Assembly: GCA_002104905.1 (NCBI GenBank)
Contig: MCFE01000373.1
Coordinates: forward strand, 1 to 64,000
DNA length: 64,000 bases
Reading direction: 5' to 3'
From: Basidiobolus meristosporus CBS 931.73
Lineage: Eukaryota; Fungi; Basidiobolomycota
Shown here: positions 1-10,900 of the stretch, one piece after another
Position numbering within the stretch: the stretch's first letter is position 1
Layout of the letters: every line of letters begins with the position of its first letter
Translations under genes and position numbers: made by a program
The notes under the pieces: generated by a model
The model's input: the letters and a program-made list of their open reading frames with translations, nothing else
What the model was told of the DNA's origin: nothing
Databases searched by the model: none

Positions 1-2326
1 CATGAATTCTTCACAAAAGCTCAAGTGATGCCTTGTATTTTATTGCTGCACAATAAGATGTCACCAAATTACATTAACCATGACTGCACCATCAACCCCC
101 TAAGGCTAGATTTTGAAGCAAAGTCATAATTCCCATTTTGTACATTGAGTGACAAATTTCAATACACTCCAGTGAATAATTGGTAGATACGTCAATTGAA
201 TCGTAAATATCATGCCGTTTAACTCAATGTCTCACCACTTAATCAAACTTTACCTGTGAGCCGCGTGCATGGCTGTGTTTGATAATCAACGCATTTGGAG
301 CTCCTGTGATGTATATGAGGTATATCAATGGTGTATATCGTAGGATGAGATCGTAAGTTATGATACTTCCAGGAATGGGCTATTGAACTGTACATCATGC
401 TGCGTGAAGAAAAATTTGGTGAGATATTTGGAGCTAGTGTTTTCTTAGAGCATTTACAAATGGCAATTTGGTAAGTCAACCTGCATTCCTGGATAACCCA
501 ACACCAGTACCAGCGAATTCGGCCCGCTTGGGAAGCTGCTATCGACCTAGGTCAATAGGTGTAGAAACATGATGTTATGGCCCTACACCGTACTTTGCAA
601 TAAGCTGATCCATTCTTGGACTAAATTGGCCATTCAACATATGCACAGAAATCTGGAGATTGGAACTGATATGTTGACCCTACACATGGGTATGCCACCA
701 ACCCAGCTCACTTTGTTTACTCTATTACACTCCATGACTTAGAAAACCATCAACAAAAGAATTGGCGCTAACGGAAGTGTACAGTTGTCTTTGTCATCAC
801 ACTGTTCCATCTAAATGTAGTTTACTCTTCAGGTACATGGGGTAATAGCTGCTGAAGTGTTCAACGGCCTTGATGGTCAAATTAAAAATTTATTTGATTT
901 GAATGAGACTGATATATGCAACACTGACACCTGGTCACATGGCATTATTTGAAGAATACGGTTAATAGCCATTGCCCCAAGCTAATAAACAACTGACCTT
1001 CCTCAGCGCCTCACACGGAGCATTATAGCAATACTATGTGCAGCAACTTCAGGTAAGGAGCTGTAAATCCAACTCCTTAATAGACCCTATTGTTACTCAA
1101 GATACAGTGGCTTTTGATGTACACCGCCAAATACCAAACTTAGGCTTCCGAGCAGCGGTATATCTTGCATAGGAATGGGAGACTGACCTGTATTGTTAAT
1201 TTCGTGAGGGTTTCAATATCAGGAAGCAGAAGTTCTGTTCAAGACCCAGCCCTATCATTTTTCATTGGATGGTTTGAGTCTAAATCTCTGTCATTTATTA
1301 GCAATAGTATATGTCGCTTAATCTAAATCGTACACTCCAGTTTGTTTTTCTGTAAGAGGTCGATGAGAAACCAATGACACCACGAATCCAGGTCCCATTA
1401 TATTAAATGATATGAAAATGACTGAAGAGCTATAAATATCTGCTCATGAAACATAGTGGCGAGGGATCCAGAGGGCGGAAACAGAGCAGATCAACGGATA
1501 TCCAGATTTGAAATTTGTACAACATTCCAAGGCAGTACCTTAATATAATGAAGCCATATCCAAGGCCAAGTAGACGAGCATTGCCTCTTTGTGCCTTGAT
1601 CCCAATCAGAATTTATATTAGTCAACTTCGGCCACAGTGGTTACCTGATAGGAGCATTTTTACAGCATGATCTCCTACAGGATTCGTCGTCGCCACTAAA
1701 CGCCAAACTAGCTAGCTGTAGCGTCACGCAAAAAGTTTGTACTCCGTCCAGGGCTTGTTTAGTTTACGCCAGCCTTCGTGTAACGCGGACTATTTTTATC
1801 CTCATTCATCGGGAGGGTTTTCCGCCCGTAGAGTAGCACAGGCCCTTTCTGCTTTGGCTAATCTGAGCGGTAGCAAGATGACAGAAATGGAATTCTGATC
1901 AATCGCCATCCATCCCAGGCCCTTCGTGCCAGCATTGGTACGCACACCACAATGGATAATATGCCAGTCTAACCAAATCACCCTCTTGTAATCCATCCGT
2001 CACCAATGCTCAACCCAGGCAACTTTTAATCTACTGTGATCACGGCTTATCCTACAACGTCATATCAATTAATCGAGCAAGTCACTGATACTTCATCCAC
2101 GATAAATATTTTTAGACCTCTACTCATTGTTTCTAACTTGTTTCTACCCCTGATAGGTAGTGGTGTTGGAATGCCGCTTTAGGAGACTCACATTTGTGTG
2201 TGTCTGAGCCATATTGTTGAGGCTGAGGACCCAAGTGATTGGTTACTCTCCAGCTACGTATTTTTATATATATACTTCAGAATCTCAGCGGGTAGGCACC
2301 GTGATAGACTCAACCTCTCCTCCATA

Positions 2327-3643
2327 ATGGATAACCGCAAATTCACCCTATTTGTGCTCTTTGTATTTGTATGGTTTGTATTTACCATTCTTCCTCATCA
2401 GTGGAATGGCAAAGAAGATCAGGTTTCTCTGAGCTCGCCGGTTGAGCAGAACTATAGCCCAGCCTCTTTGCTTCCTCAGTTAAATGAAACCTCTCCCGAT
2501 TCGGAGCGATTCATCACCTATTTGACGCACAGCACCTTCCACAATCAAAGAGCTGCTTTAGAAAACGCCATCATCCTTGCTCGAGTTCTTAATCGCTCAC
2601 TTCTTGTACCTAGTGCCTACATGGGCGTTCCATACAATTGGGAGCCATTTGACAAACTCTACCAATTGGAGCATAAAACCAAGAAGGGGAAGGAGTACTG
2701 TAGCACCGCTTTGGTTGAAAATATGCCTCCCGAATGTAGCAGCTACACCACTTGGACCAGAGTCCCCTGGTCTTACTTCTATGATTTCTCGCCTCTTGAT
2801 GGCTATGTGACGCTCTATGAAGAATCGGAAGTTTCGTTCCCCGCAGCGGACATTACCTACATCAAGGACTCTTCCAAACTGGATTACAAACTCGTTGACA
2901 ATGTAGAGAAAGCTGGCGTTGGTAAATTCGAACGTTTGATCAGTATTGATGAGCTTAAGAAAGACTCCTCCAAGCTGATTCATTTTGGCTCCCTTTTCCT
3001 CGCTGGGCGTATCCAGCTCTTTGATCCTGAACTGCAAAAGGCAGGGAATTTCATCCGTAGTCAGTTTATCACGTACAAGAATCCTGTAATCGCTCAGATC
3101 AGCGATCAAATTATCGAAAAGCTTGGCGGGGCTAGAAACTATGCGTCAATTCACCTTCGCTCAGCAGACAACACTTTTCATAAGAACCTTGATAGGAACG
3201 TTCAGATTGCGGTCGAAAGCTTGAAGGCTCGCTTAAGTCAGAGCCCCACCAGCAATGAACGCCAGCAAGAAACAATTCAATATACCCCACCAAACGCTAT
3301 TCCCTTGAGAAAGAATAAGCCGCCCACCATTGGGCAATGCCTTGATGCTGCCAAGAGGGGCCAACACATCGTGTTCTTGGCTACTGACTCCATAAACCCC
3401 AGATTTAACGGGGCACTCCGACCAATTTTCCGAGAATTCCCGTGCACCTTCGTAATCCGGGACTTTGCCGAATATCTGAGCGCATTATCCGGTGAAACGA
3501 ACCGTATCGATGGTGTGAGAATCGGACCGCATATGATTCCCATGGTAGAAACGCTGATTGCCGCACGCGCACATGAATTTGTCGGCACTAATGAATCGAC
3601 TTTCTCTTCCTATATCGAGCACATTCAGAAGTCGGGACTGTAA
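2327..3643 (+). CDS. GDP-fucose protein O-fucosyltransferase-family (O-FucT, CigA-like) type II membrane glycosyltransferase, about 438 aa, intronless
   Basis: The ORF track gives 2198..3643; the first ATG is at 2327 (MDNRK) and is followed by one hydrophobic anchor. Family motifs: YLTHSTFHNQRAALENAIILARVLNRSLLVP, IHLR, FLATD, FVGTNESTFS. Clear paralog of 4138..5589. Confidence 0.85.
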   Translation: MDNRKFTLFVLFVFVWFVFTILPHQWNGKEDQVSLSSPVEQNYSPASLLPQLNETSPDSERFITYLTHSTFHNQRAALENAIILARVLNRSLLVPSAYMGVPYNWEPFDKLYQLEHKTKKGKEYCSTALVENMPPECSSYTTWTRVPWSYFYDFSPLDGYVTLYEESEVSFPAADITYIKDSSKLDYKLVDNVEKAGVGKFERLISIDELKKDSSKLIHFGSLFLAGRIQLFDPELQKAGNFIRSQFITYKNPVIAQISDQIIEKLGGARNYASIHLRSADNTFHKNLDRNVQIAVESLKARLSQSPTSNERQQETIQYTPPNAIPLRKNKPPTIGQCLDAAKRGQHIVFLATDSINPRFNGALRPIFREFPCTFVIRDFAEYLSALSGETNRIDGVRIGPHMIPMVETLIAARAHEFVGTNESTFSSYIEHIQKSGL

Positions 3644-4137
3644 CCCCTCGTCCAAGTGCCGCAATCGCTGCTGCCCTACCACGCCCCATCATGTAAATTA
3701 TATGAAATCGTATCACACCATGCACATCACCTTTTGTACATCAAGCATTCGCTCCTTCATTTTTTAACCCAACGGCCATGTTCAATATGTAAAAATCCAA
3801 TCGATTGATTGGATAGAGGAATAAATCCAGATTTCAATTAGACACCGTTCCAGTCCGTTTATACATATCAAAAACTTGGCCACTTGGCGTTTTTTCAGCT
3901 CCATGAATCATAGCCAAATTGCACATTTCAACCAGTGGATTGCCATTGGCGAGTATATTCCATACGGCGTCAAGCAAGTCGATTGAACGGTGCATTTAGT
4001 TAATCAACTCGGTTTAATAATTGTGTACAAAGTTACATGGCTGGTAGGATTGGGTGGGAAAATGGGGTACAAGGATGGTGTTGAATACAACGGCAGTGGA
4101 CGGATTAGGGTATTAGGTTGGTGGGATTTCTGCATCA

Positions 4138-5589
4138 TCAGTACTTCAGATTCAAGGGATCTGCAGTTCCCAGATATTGGTTGTGCATCCGTCGCACGTA
4201 CATGGAGAAGGTCGATTGGTTCGTTCCAACGTAAAATTCCCCCTTGGCTGCAACAACCGCGTCGACCATTGGGATGAGATACTTGCCAATGGATGTATTG
4301 TCCCAAGGATTCTTCTCCGCCTGGATCTCGGTCAATTCGGATAGGAAGTCGCTTAGAATGAATGTGCACGGGAACCTTTGGAAGATTAGGGAGAAATCAG
4401 GTCTTTGGCGGGGGTCACGGGCATCTGTGGCCAGATACACTATGGGGGAGCTTACGGCGACTTCGGAGTCTCGCTCAAGGCACTCCGCCAAAGACATGCG
4501 TCTGGTAAAAATGGGCACTTCGTCTACGATGGCCTCATTGTACTCCACACCCTTACTCATGGCCAGCATGCGAGTCATTAATTGCAAAATGCCCTTTGCA
4601 TTTTCCTCGACCTTGTTGCTAAAGCCACCGTCTCCCACTCGGAGATGAATGCCTAGATAGCCCCCCAGGCCCCCTAGCTGATCGACGATGCGTTGGGACA
4701 CTCTCATCAATGTGGGATTGTTGAACTGCAAATTGTTTAGGATTGTCTGGTACAGCTGTTTGTTGCTACGCATCAACGTAGTCACCCGTAGGTTTCCAAA
4801 AATCGAACCGAAGTGAATCAGCTTGTGTGGAATAGCCTGCAGCTCGGTGACCATCATCTTTCTCTCGTACTTTCCGACAACGTACCCTTCGGGGAAATGA
4901 TCAAATATACGGTAGTCATAAAGTGATGTATCCTTGACAAAATGGATATCTTCATCCAGGGAAATGCCGTAGTCTTGCAGGCTATCCAGGCCCATATCTT
5001 CTCGTTCGGCATACTGAATGAACCCTTGGAGGGAGTTTAGACTATAGATGGAGCTCCATGGTAGCATTGTCCATCCTGCATAGAGGGCACACTGCTTGGG
5101 CCATTTCATCACTGGAAGTTTCTCGTACTTGGAGCATGCCACCATCCCGGGCTTGGTTCTTTTCTCCAATGTGGTGTACAGCTCTTGAAAAGGTTTCCAA
5201 GCCTGTGCATTACCAAGGTACACCGGGGGGATGAGCAAGGTTCGATTCAGGTACTTGGCCAGTAGAATAGCGTTCTCTAGAGCAATCCTCTGGTTGTGGA
5301 AGCCACTGTGTGGCAAATAGGCTAAATATCTTTCTTGCTGCTTGTCTTCTTGTGCATCATGAAGATCAGAGGTGCCCTGTGGAGTGGAGCCGTTATCATG
5401 TAAAGGGATTTCCTCGGCTTGATTGGGTTGGTGGGAGTTGGGGCTCGGCGGGAATAGAAAGGAGAAATCGGAGACAAGACCATTATCAAAGGTAGGGGCG
5501 AAGTTACTTTTCTTGTACCTCAACACGGTGACAACAAAGGAGAATGCGATGATGGTGGCGATCAGGATTTTTTTGTGGAAACGAAACAT
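4138..5589 (-). CDS. O-FucT-family (CigA-like) type II membrane glycosyltransferase, about 483 aa, intronless
   Basis: The ORF track gives 4138..5622; likely ATG at 5589 (MFRFHKK followed by a TM anchor). Motifs YLPHSGFHNQRIALENAILLAKYLNRTLLIPP, IHLRVGDGGF, YLATD, YVGTNQSTFS. Confidence 0.9.
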   Translation of the reverse strand: MFRFHKKILIATIIAFSFVVTVLRYKKSNFAPTFDNGLVSDFSFLFPPSPNSHQPNQAEEIPLHDNGSTPQGTSDLHDAQEDKQQERYLAYLPHSGFHNQRIALENAILLAKYLNRTLLIPPVYLGNAQAWKPFQELYTTLEKRTKPGMVACSKYEKLPVMKWPKQCALYAGWTMLPWSSIYSLNSLQGFIQYAEREDMGLDSLQDYGISLDEDIHFVKDTSLYDYRIFDHFPEGYVVGKYERKMMVTELQAIPHKLIHFGSIFGNLRVTTLMRSNKQLYQTILNNLQFNNPTLMRVSQRIVDQLGGLGGYLGIHLRVGDGGFSNKVEENAKGILQLMTRMLAMSKGVEYNEAIVDEVPIFTRRMSLAECLERDSEVAVSSPIVYLATDARDPRQRPDFSLIFQRFPCTFILSDFLSELTEIQAEKNPWDNTSIGKYLIPMVDAVVAAKGEFYVGTNQSTFSMYVRRMHNQYLGTADPLNLKY

Positions 5590-7899
5590 GATGCCGTACA
5601 AAACGGGGAAACCGACGGTCAATCTCTTCTATGATGGAACCGAGTATTCCAAGGAGATCCCAGGATAAATAGTTGGTCTGACTGAAAAATAAAATGGGAC
5701 CCAAGCCAACGCCAACCGCTCAACTTTTAACTTGGGCGAGGTTGGCACAACCCTTATCAGCAATGAATCAATACAAAACGGAACGGTTTCATCTCCTCAT
5801 CATTGTGCATATCACTCAGCATCCCCACGAGTGCTGGCATCGTTACAAATTACGCCCACCAAACATCACCACTAAATGGGCATCCCAGAAATGTGCTGAT
5901 GGTAATCGATGATGTGAAGGTATGGAATAGGCCATATATAAATATCAGGGGCATTCATGGGTGGTTTTAAATAGCAACTATATGGCCGCTACCGGTGGGC
6001 CAACGGGAGCTAATCAACGACGTCACAGTCATGAAAGCCCGAAGGACTCACCGCGGTGTCTATACACTGGGATGGCCAAGTAACCGGGAAAATGAACTCA
6101 CCAACCACACCATCAACCGTATGGATCAGTCGCCAGCTAAGTGTTCGTCTGATGGTTTCGCTCGGCTATATGAAGGCTGGCTATATTGACACGATTGCAT
6201 CACGCCCGTATCACGTGGATGGTCCTGAGCACATCTTGATCTTGTGAATCTCCATTTTCTCATTCCACTGGGATCCTCAGCCACTAGCACCGCAGATACC
6301 CACCCGAAGCGAGCGGTGGGGAGTGGCCGTATCAAAACGTGTAACCAACTCTTAAATGGAAACCCCCGGTGTGTCCAATCCGCCCAAGTTTCTTCCCCCA
6401 GCCTATCACATTACATGATTTGGATCCTATGGATGATTGGGAACTCGACCGAGGGCCAAAAGGGGCAGACTGCCTAAGATGGGTATGGCGGGCCCAGTGA
6501 CAATAAACATGGAAGTAATGGCTGATCGGGGTTAAAGATAGTCATGTTTGTGATGAGGTGGGGAGGCGAGGCGGAAATGATCTCATCCGATTGTCCAGTT
6601 CATGGGTGAAGGGTGGTCGACATTAATCTCGATCTCAGCAAATATCCACCGATGTCCATGTGACACTGCTGCTTCGACATAAAAGGGACACACGATGCTG
6701 TGGTCATTGTTTCCATTTATGTGTGGTGTGCCGTGTCATCATGGTTTGATGATTGTTGCTCATTATATTCCTGAAGTCATTTGTTGCGATTGGTTCAGGT
6801 GCGTGATTTGCTGATAATCTCGGTAGATCAACTAATACATAATAGGTAAACTCAAACCAATTCCTTACAACACCAACCCTACATAGTGAGTGTTTCATAC
6901 TTCAGGCATTGGCGAATCGAGCTTATGCTGGGCTCCCGAAGTTAGTGCTCTACTGACTACACGCAGGGGATCCGTTGGGAATAGCGGGGGTTGGCTTTTG
7001 AGCACGCCTCGTGGGACGAAGAAGCTGCAGCTTCACACCCAGATGTAGAACGAAGGTGATTCGTTTAAGCCAGGAAACGGCGTGCATCGGCGTTCATCTT
7101 AACAAGCTTTTACTTTGAAACCGCTCTGATTCTCCCAACTTTCCTGTTCATAACCAGAGGCCAAAGCAGTTACCCACCCTATTTCCAAATTCCCGTGTTA
7201 CTGGACATCTAATACTGTACCATATCTGCCATAAGCAATATATTACTAGAAATGGCCCGAAACGGTCGGTGAGATGTGGGATACCAGCATTCATCGAGAA
7301 CTCTGGGAGATGGCGCCCAACCGGCTTTGCTCTGTATAGCGTATTCCTGAGATCATATGTATTCTTCACGATTCAGCGAAGGTCTGGTATATGTATACGA
7401 ACGATGAGTGGGCTACATCTCCATATTTTGTGCCCAATTGAGCATGGTTAATTCCCAGGAACCAAGATGCGTTGGCAATCCTCCGTGCAGGGTATGCAAT
7501 CTTGGAAAGCAAGCCCGACGCTTTCACAATACCCAAGTCTGTGTGAAATATGGATGCAATTAATCCGCTCTTATGTGGTGTTGATCAAGTTGTCCTGATT
7601 CCAGACAACTCTTTTTGCTACCGAGCCTTACTTTTGGCTGCAGTTCGGGAGTACACCTCTGCACACATCTTTGTCCTACCGTTCTAAACTATCCTGGAGG
7701 TATCGGCTTTTGGTGGCGCATCCACATCCAAATCCCAGTCAAAGTGATGCTGGCCAAAAGTGAGGCCAATGGAGCTCCGAGTTGAGGTGCGCTTGCAAAT
7801 CAAGGTAGGCGTTGGAAAGGGAATCGCAATATATTGATGAAAGCCGTAATACGCCTATTGGCCCATGGGAAGTAAATGAATATCTGCTCTGGGTGAACT

Positions 7900-10800
7900 C
7901 TGTTCGGATAAAAAAGGAGATTGTGGTGTAATAGCCTTGGAAAAGACCATATGAATAAGATGCGTTTCATTGGGTTCTGTCGTTACGTAATATACCAGGA
8001 TGTTGAGCGAGTCCGTCATGTTGTTATCTCCATTACTCAGTGGGTTTAAAAATGTGTTCAACGAATATCGATCTAATTTCACTTATAACGAGTATATATC
8101 AAGGTCCTCGTATATAGTGGCAGCGCATTGAGTAACACATATCAAGTTCTTGATTAGAAAATGATTAGTCCTGATAGCGAGGGTAAAATCTCCTAGCATA
8201 TACCTCAGAAGCATTCTGTCTGAATACCCTATCATGGCAGATCCAGTAGACAATTTTATAGATTAGCATTGTGGAATATACTTATTTTATAGAATTCCAA
8301 TACTCTTTTTGATCTCACTCAGCTGTAGTGAATTGATGGAGTGCATGGCAGCTGCTTAATAGTAATATTATATAGCAGATAAGTACCTTTTAGTACTCAC
8401 GACCATATTGTGAGGGTGGTAGGCCCTCAATGATACTAAAACAAATCATGGCTGTATCCCTCATTCATAGAAAACTTAAACTTAAGAGCTTCCTTGGTGA
8501 TGATAGAGGTTGTATATCTTTCATTTACACCAAGCACATACAAGCAGTAAAATATATGCTACTTGCATAATATTAAGTCTAATGTTTAAGTGCTACTTTT
8601 ACCTTATGAATACTTAATCTTTGCTCTAAACTCAAACTTCCCTTTCACAACTGATGTTAGCTTTGTCAAATATATCCTATCTTACAAGCATTACTCAACC
8701 TAGGGACATACCTGCAATAGTCCCACTGAGTTTCAGAGTACTCCTAGTATTATAACTTGAAAGAATTATCAATTTACCTGCAGATGTTGTATATATACTT
8801 GTTGAGCCTTCCTGACCATATTTAAATGCTGGTAAATACTTCCATATAACTCTCACTTCTGGTAAACCATAAAACTAAATCCACTTGAGCAACCTTTCAT
8901 TAATACAACTCTACAATTTCAGATCTCCTACTTTAATTAGTATAATACACAGAGAATTGATAATTCATTTTACTTACAAACTAGCATATATAGATATTAT
9001 AGGCATATGCTCATAAAAAACTATAAGTCTGTTGCAGTCAGCTGGTTAAGCATAGTAGAGCTTAAGACCAGCCCAGCTTTATCAGCATTTGCTTATTGTT
9101 AGAATTAGCAAAGGTTTGGAAGTGATAAATATTTTCAAACTTGCCAAAAGCCCCAAGTTTTGAATAGAGTTCTCTGGAACCTTTCTTCAAGTATGGATCA
9201 TTAACTTTACAATGCTCACTTAAAGGTATAGACACTCTACCCGAGCTCAGTAAATTCACAAGTCAAGATTATGCAACTCATCTAGTGGTCTAAACCACTT
9301 CCAATATTTGCTAGAATCTTGCAGCATATCAAACATACACCCAGTAGCACTTTCTGGCATCCTATGTTATTATATAGCATGCCATGCACTATATTATGAT
9401 CAGCCAGAATGAATGAGCAGGTCCATATTGTGGCTGCTTTACTGATAGGCCTAAGGTTTTCTACCAGTACTTTTATGTCAACACATATACATATGCAATC
9501 TATAAGCTATACTTCAACACACCTCTTAGAAAGACAACTTGGGAGCAAAAATTGAAGGAATTATACACACCTATGCTAAGTAAGGCCAGAATATCCAATG
9601 GCATGAGTTATGACTACAATATAGAATATATTTCAGCTGATCATATGCTGGCATAATGCTTGCAGTAATAATATGGGGTATAGTCATAGGTCAAATCTAC
9701 GACTTCATTTGATATCAGGATATCTCAAAGCAAAAAACCCTGAATTACAATGTAGACCTCCATCATTGGGCTTTTATTAACTGGCGCTATAAAAGCCCAA
9801 GTGTACCATGGGGCAGTTAAATAAGATAAAATCAAATCACAATCAGCCCCCACCAAGTCCAGAAATTACCACCGGCTCAATGACTGAATCGCAAGTAGAA
9901 TGTGAGCTGGCAACATGCTCAGAAGTATATGAGTAGCTTAGATGTATGTTAAGCACATATGGTATTTATTGGAAAAATTGCATTGAGCAATTATGTCCCA
10001 ACTTATGAGCTTGGTAATTTTTTGAACGAATGCTTAGCATGGATATGGTATGAGTATTTCTTCACCAGTTTGGTAAGGCTGAATTGCACTACCTCAATAC
10101 ATAGTCTAAAGATCCATGACTTAGTGCTTGTAGACTCATGACCTTCTGGATCCAAGATTTGGCTTCAACTTCGAAGAGAATGTTGCACAAACATCTCAAA
10201 TCCTATGAGAAAAACTGGAAAAAGGACGGCACAAAATTGTCATAATATTAGCTAATTTCCAAGTTTCTCAAAACTGACAACTCTCAAGATCTGAGTTATT
10301 AGCTGTTAGGCAGACAAGCAGACATACTTTTCAGGGCAGACTAGGCCAACTGGAACTCATACCAAACTTGGTAATAAGCTGCTCATTACTTTCACCAAGA
10401 ATTGCAACTGAAAATTTGAAGGATAAACATCAGCTGAATACCAACCAAACATTGATAGAGTTCTTAGTTTGCGATTTTTTATAGGGAAAAGAAATTTGCT
10501 CCATATCATTTGCAGTATCTTCTAATCATACTATAACTCTAACTCTGGGGAATATAGCCACAACCTCAATCACAAGCCAAGCTTATTATCTGCGACACAA
10601 GCTATGTTTTGCACTTACAGACTATCCCAATTTGTTATTGTAATGGCTTCATGTATTGTTACTCACTCACTCCTATCTGGTTAGGATTATAGGGTTAGAA
10701 AGCAATGTGCCTTTGTAAGATGCCATTAGACCATAAATGATAGCAATCTTAAGCAGATGAAGCATATAGCTTGTGGAGGGATCTAACTGAGCGATATGCA

Positions 10801-10900
10801 TATGGTATCACCATGTAAAACCTACTAATATGAAACAGCACAGCTAGTGGCCTGGAAAGGTTACATGCATTTGTCGAACTTGAAAGTTTAAGATGATGCA
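7900..10900. other. AT-rich, CpG-depleted block, probably a heavily decayed transposon of unassigned family
   Basis: Abrupt loss of CpG and excess TG/CA/TA relative to the flanks; no long ORF; same composition as the 30-64 kb TE field. Boundaries approximate. Confidence 0.4.

Noticed and set aside
7040-7110. GCCAGGAAACGGC..GCA stem-loop reminiscent of SRP RNA helix 8
   Set aside because: The internal-loop consensus is not met and there is no fungal Alu-domain start upstream; too weak without a covariance-model search.
9041-9072. Imperfect hairpin GCTGGTTAAGC..GCTTAAGACCAGC as a possible Helitron end
   Set aside because: No correctly spaced CTRR terminus and no Rep/helicase remnant recognised.
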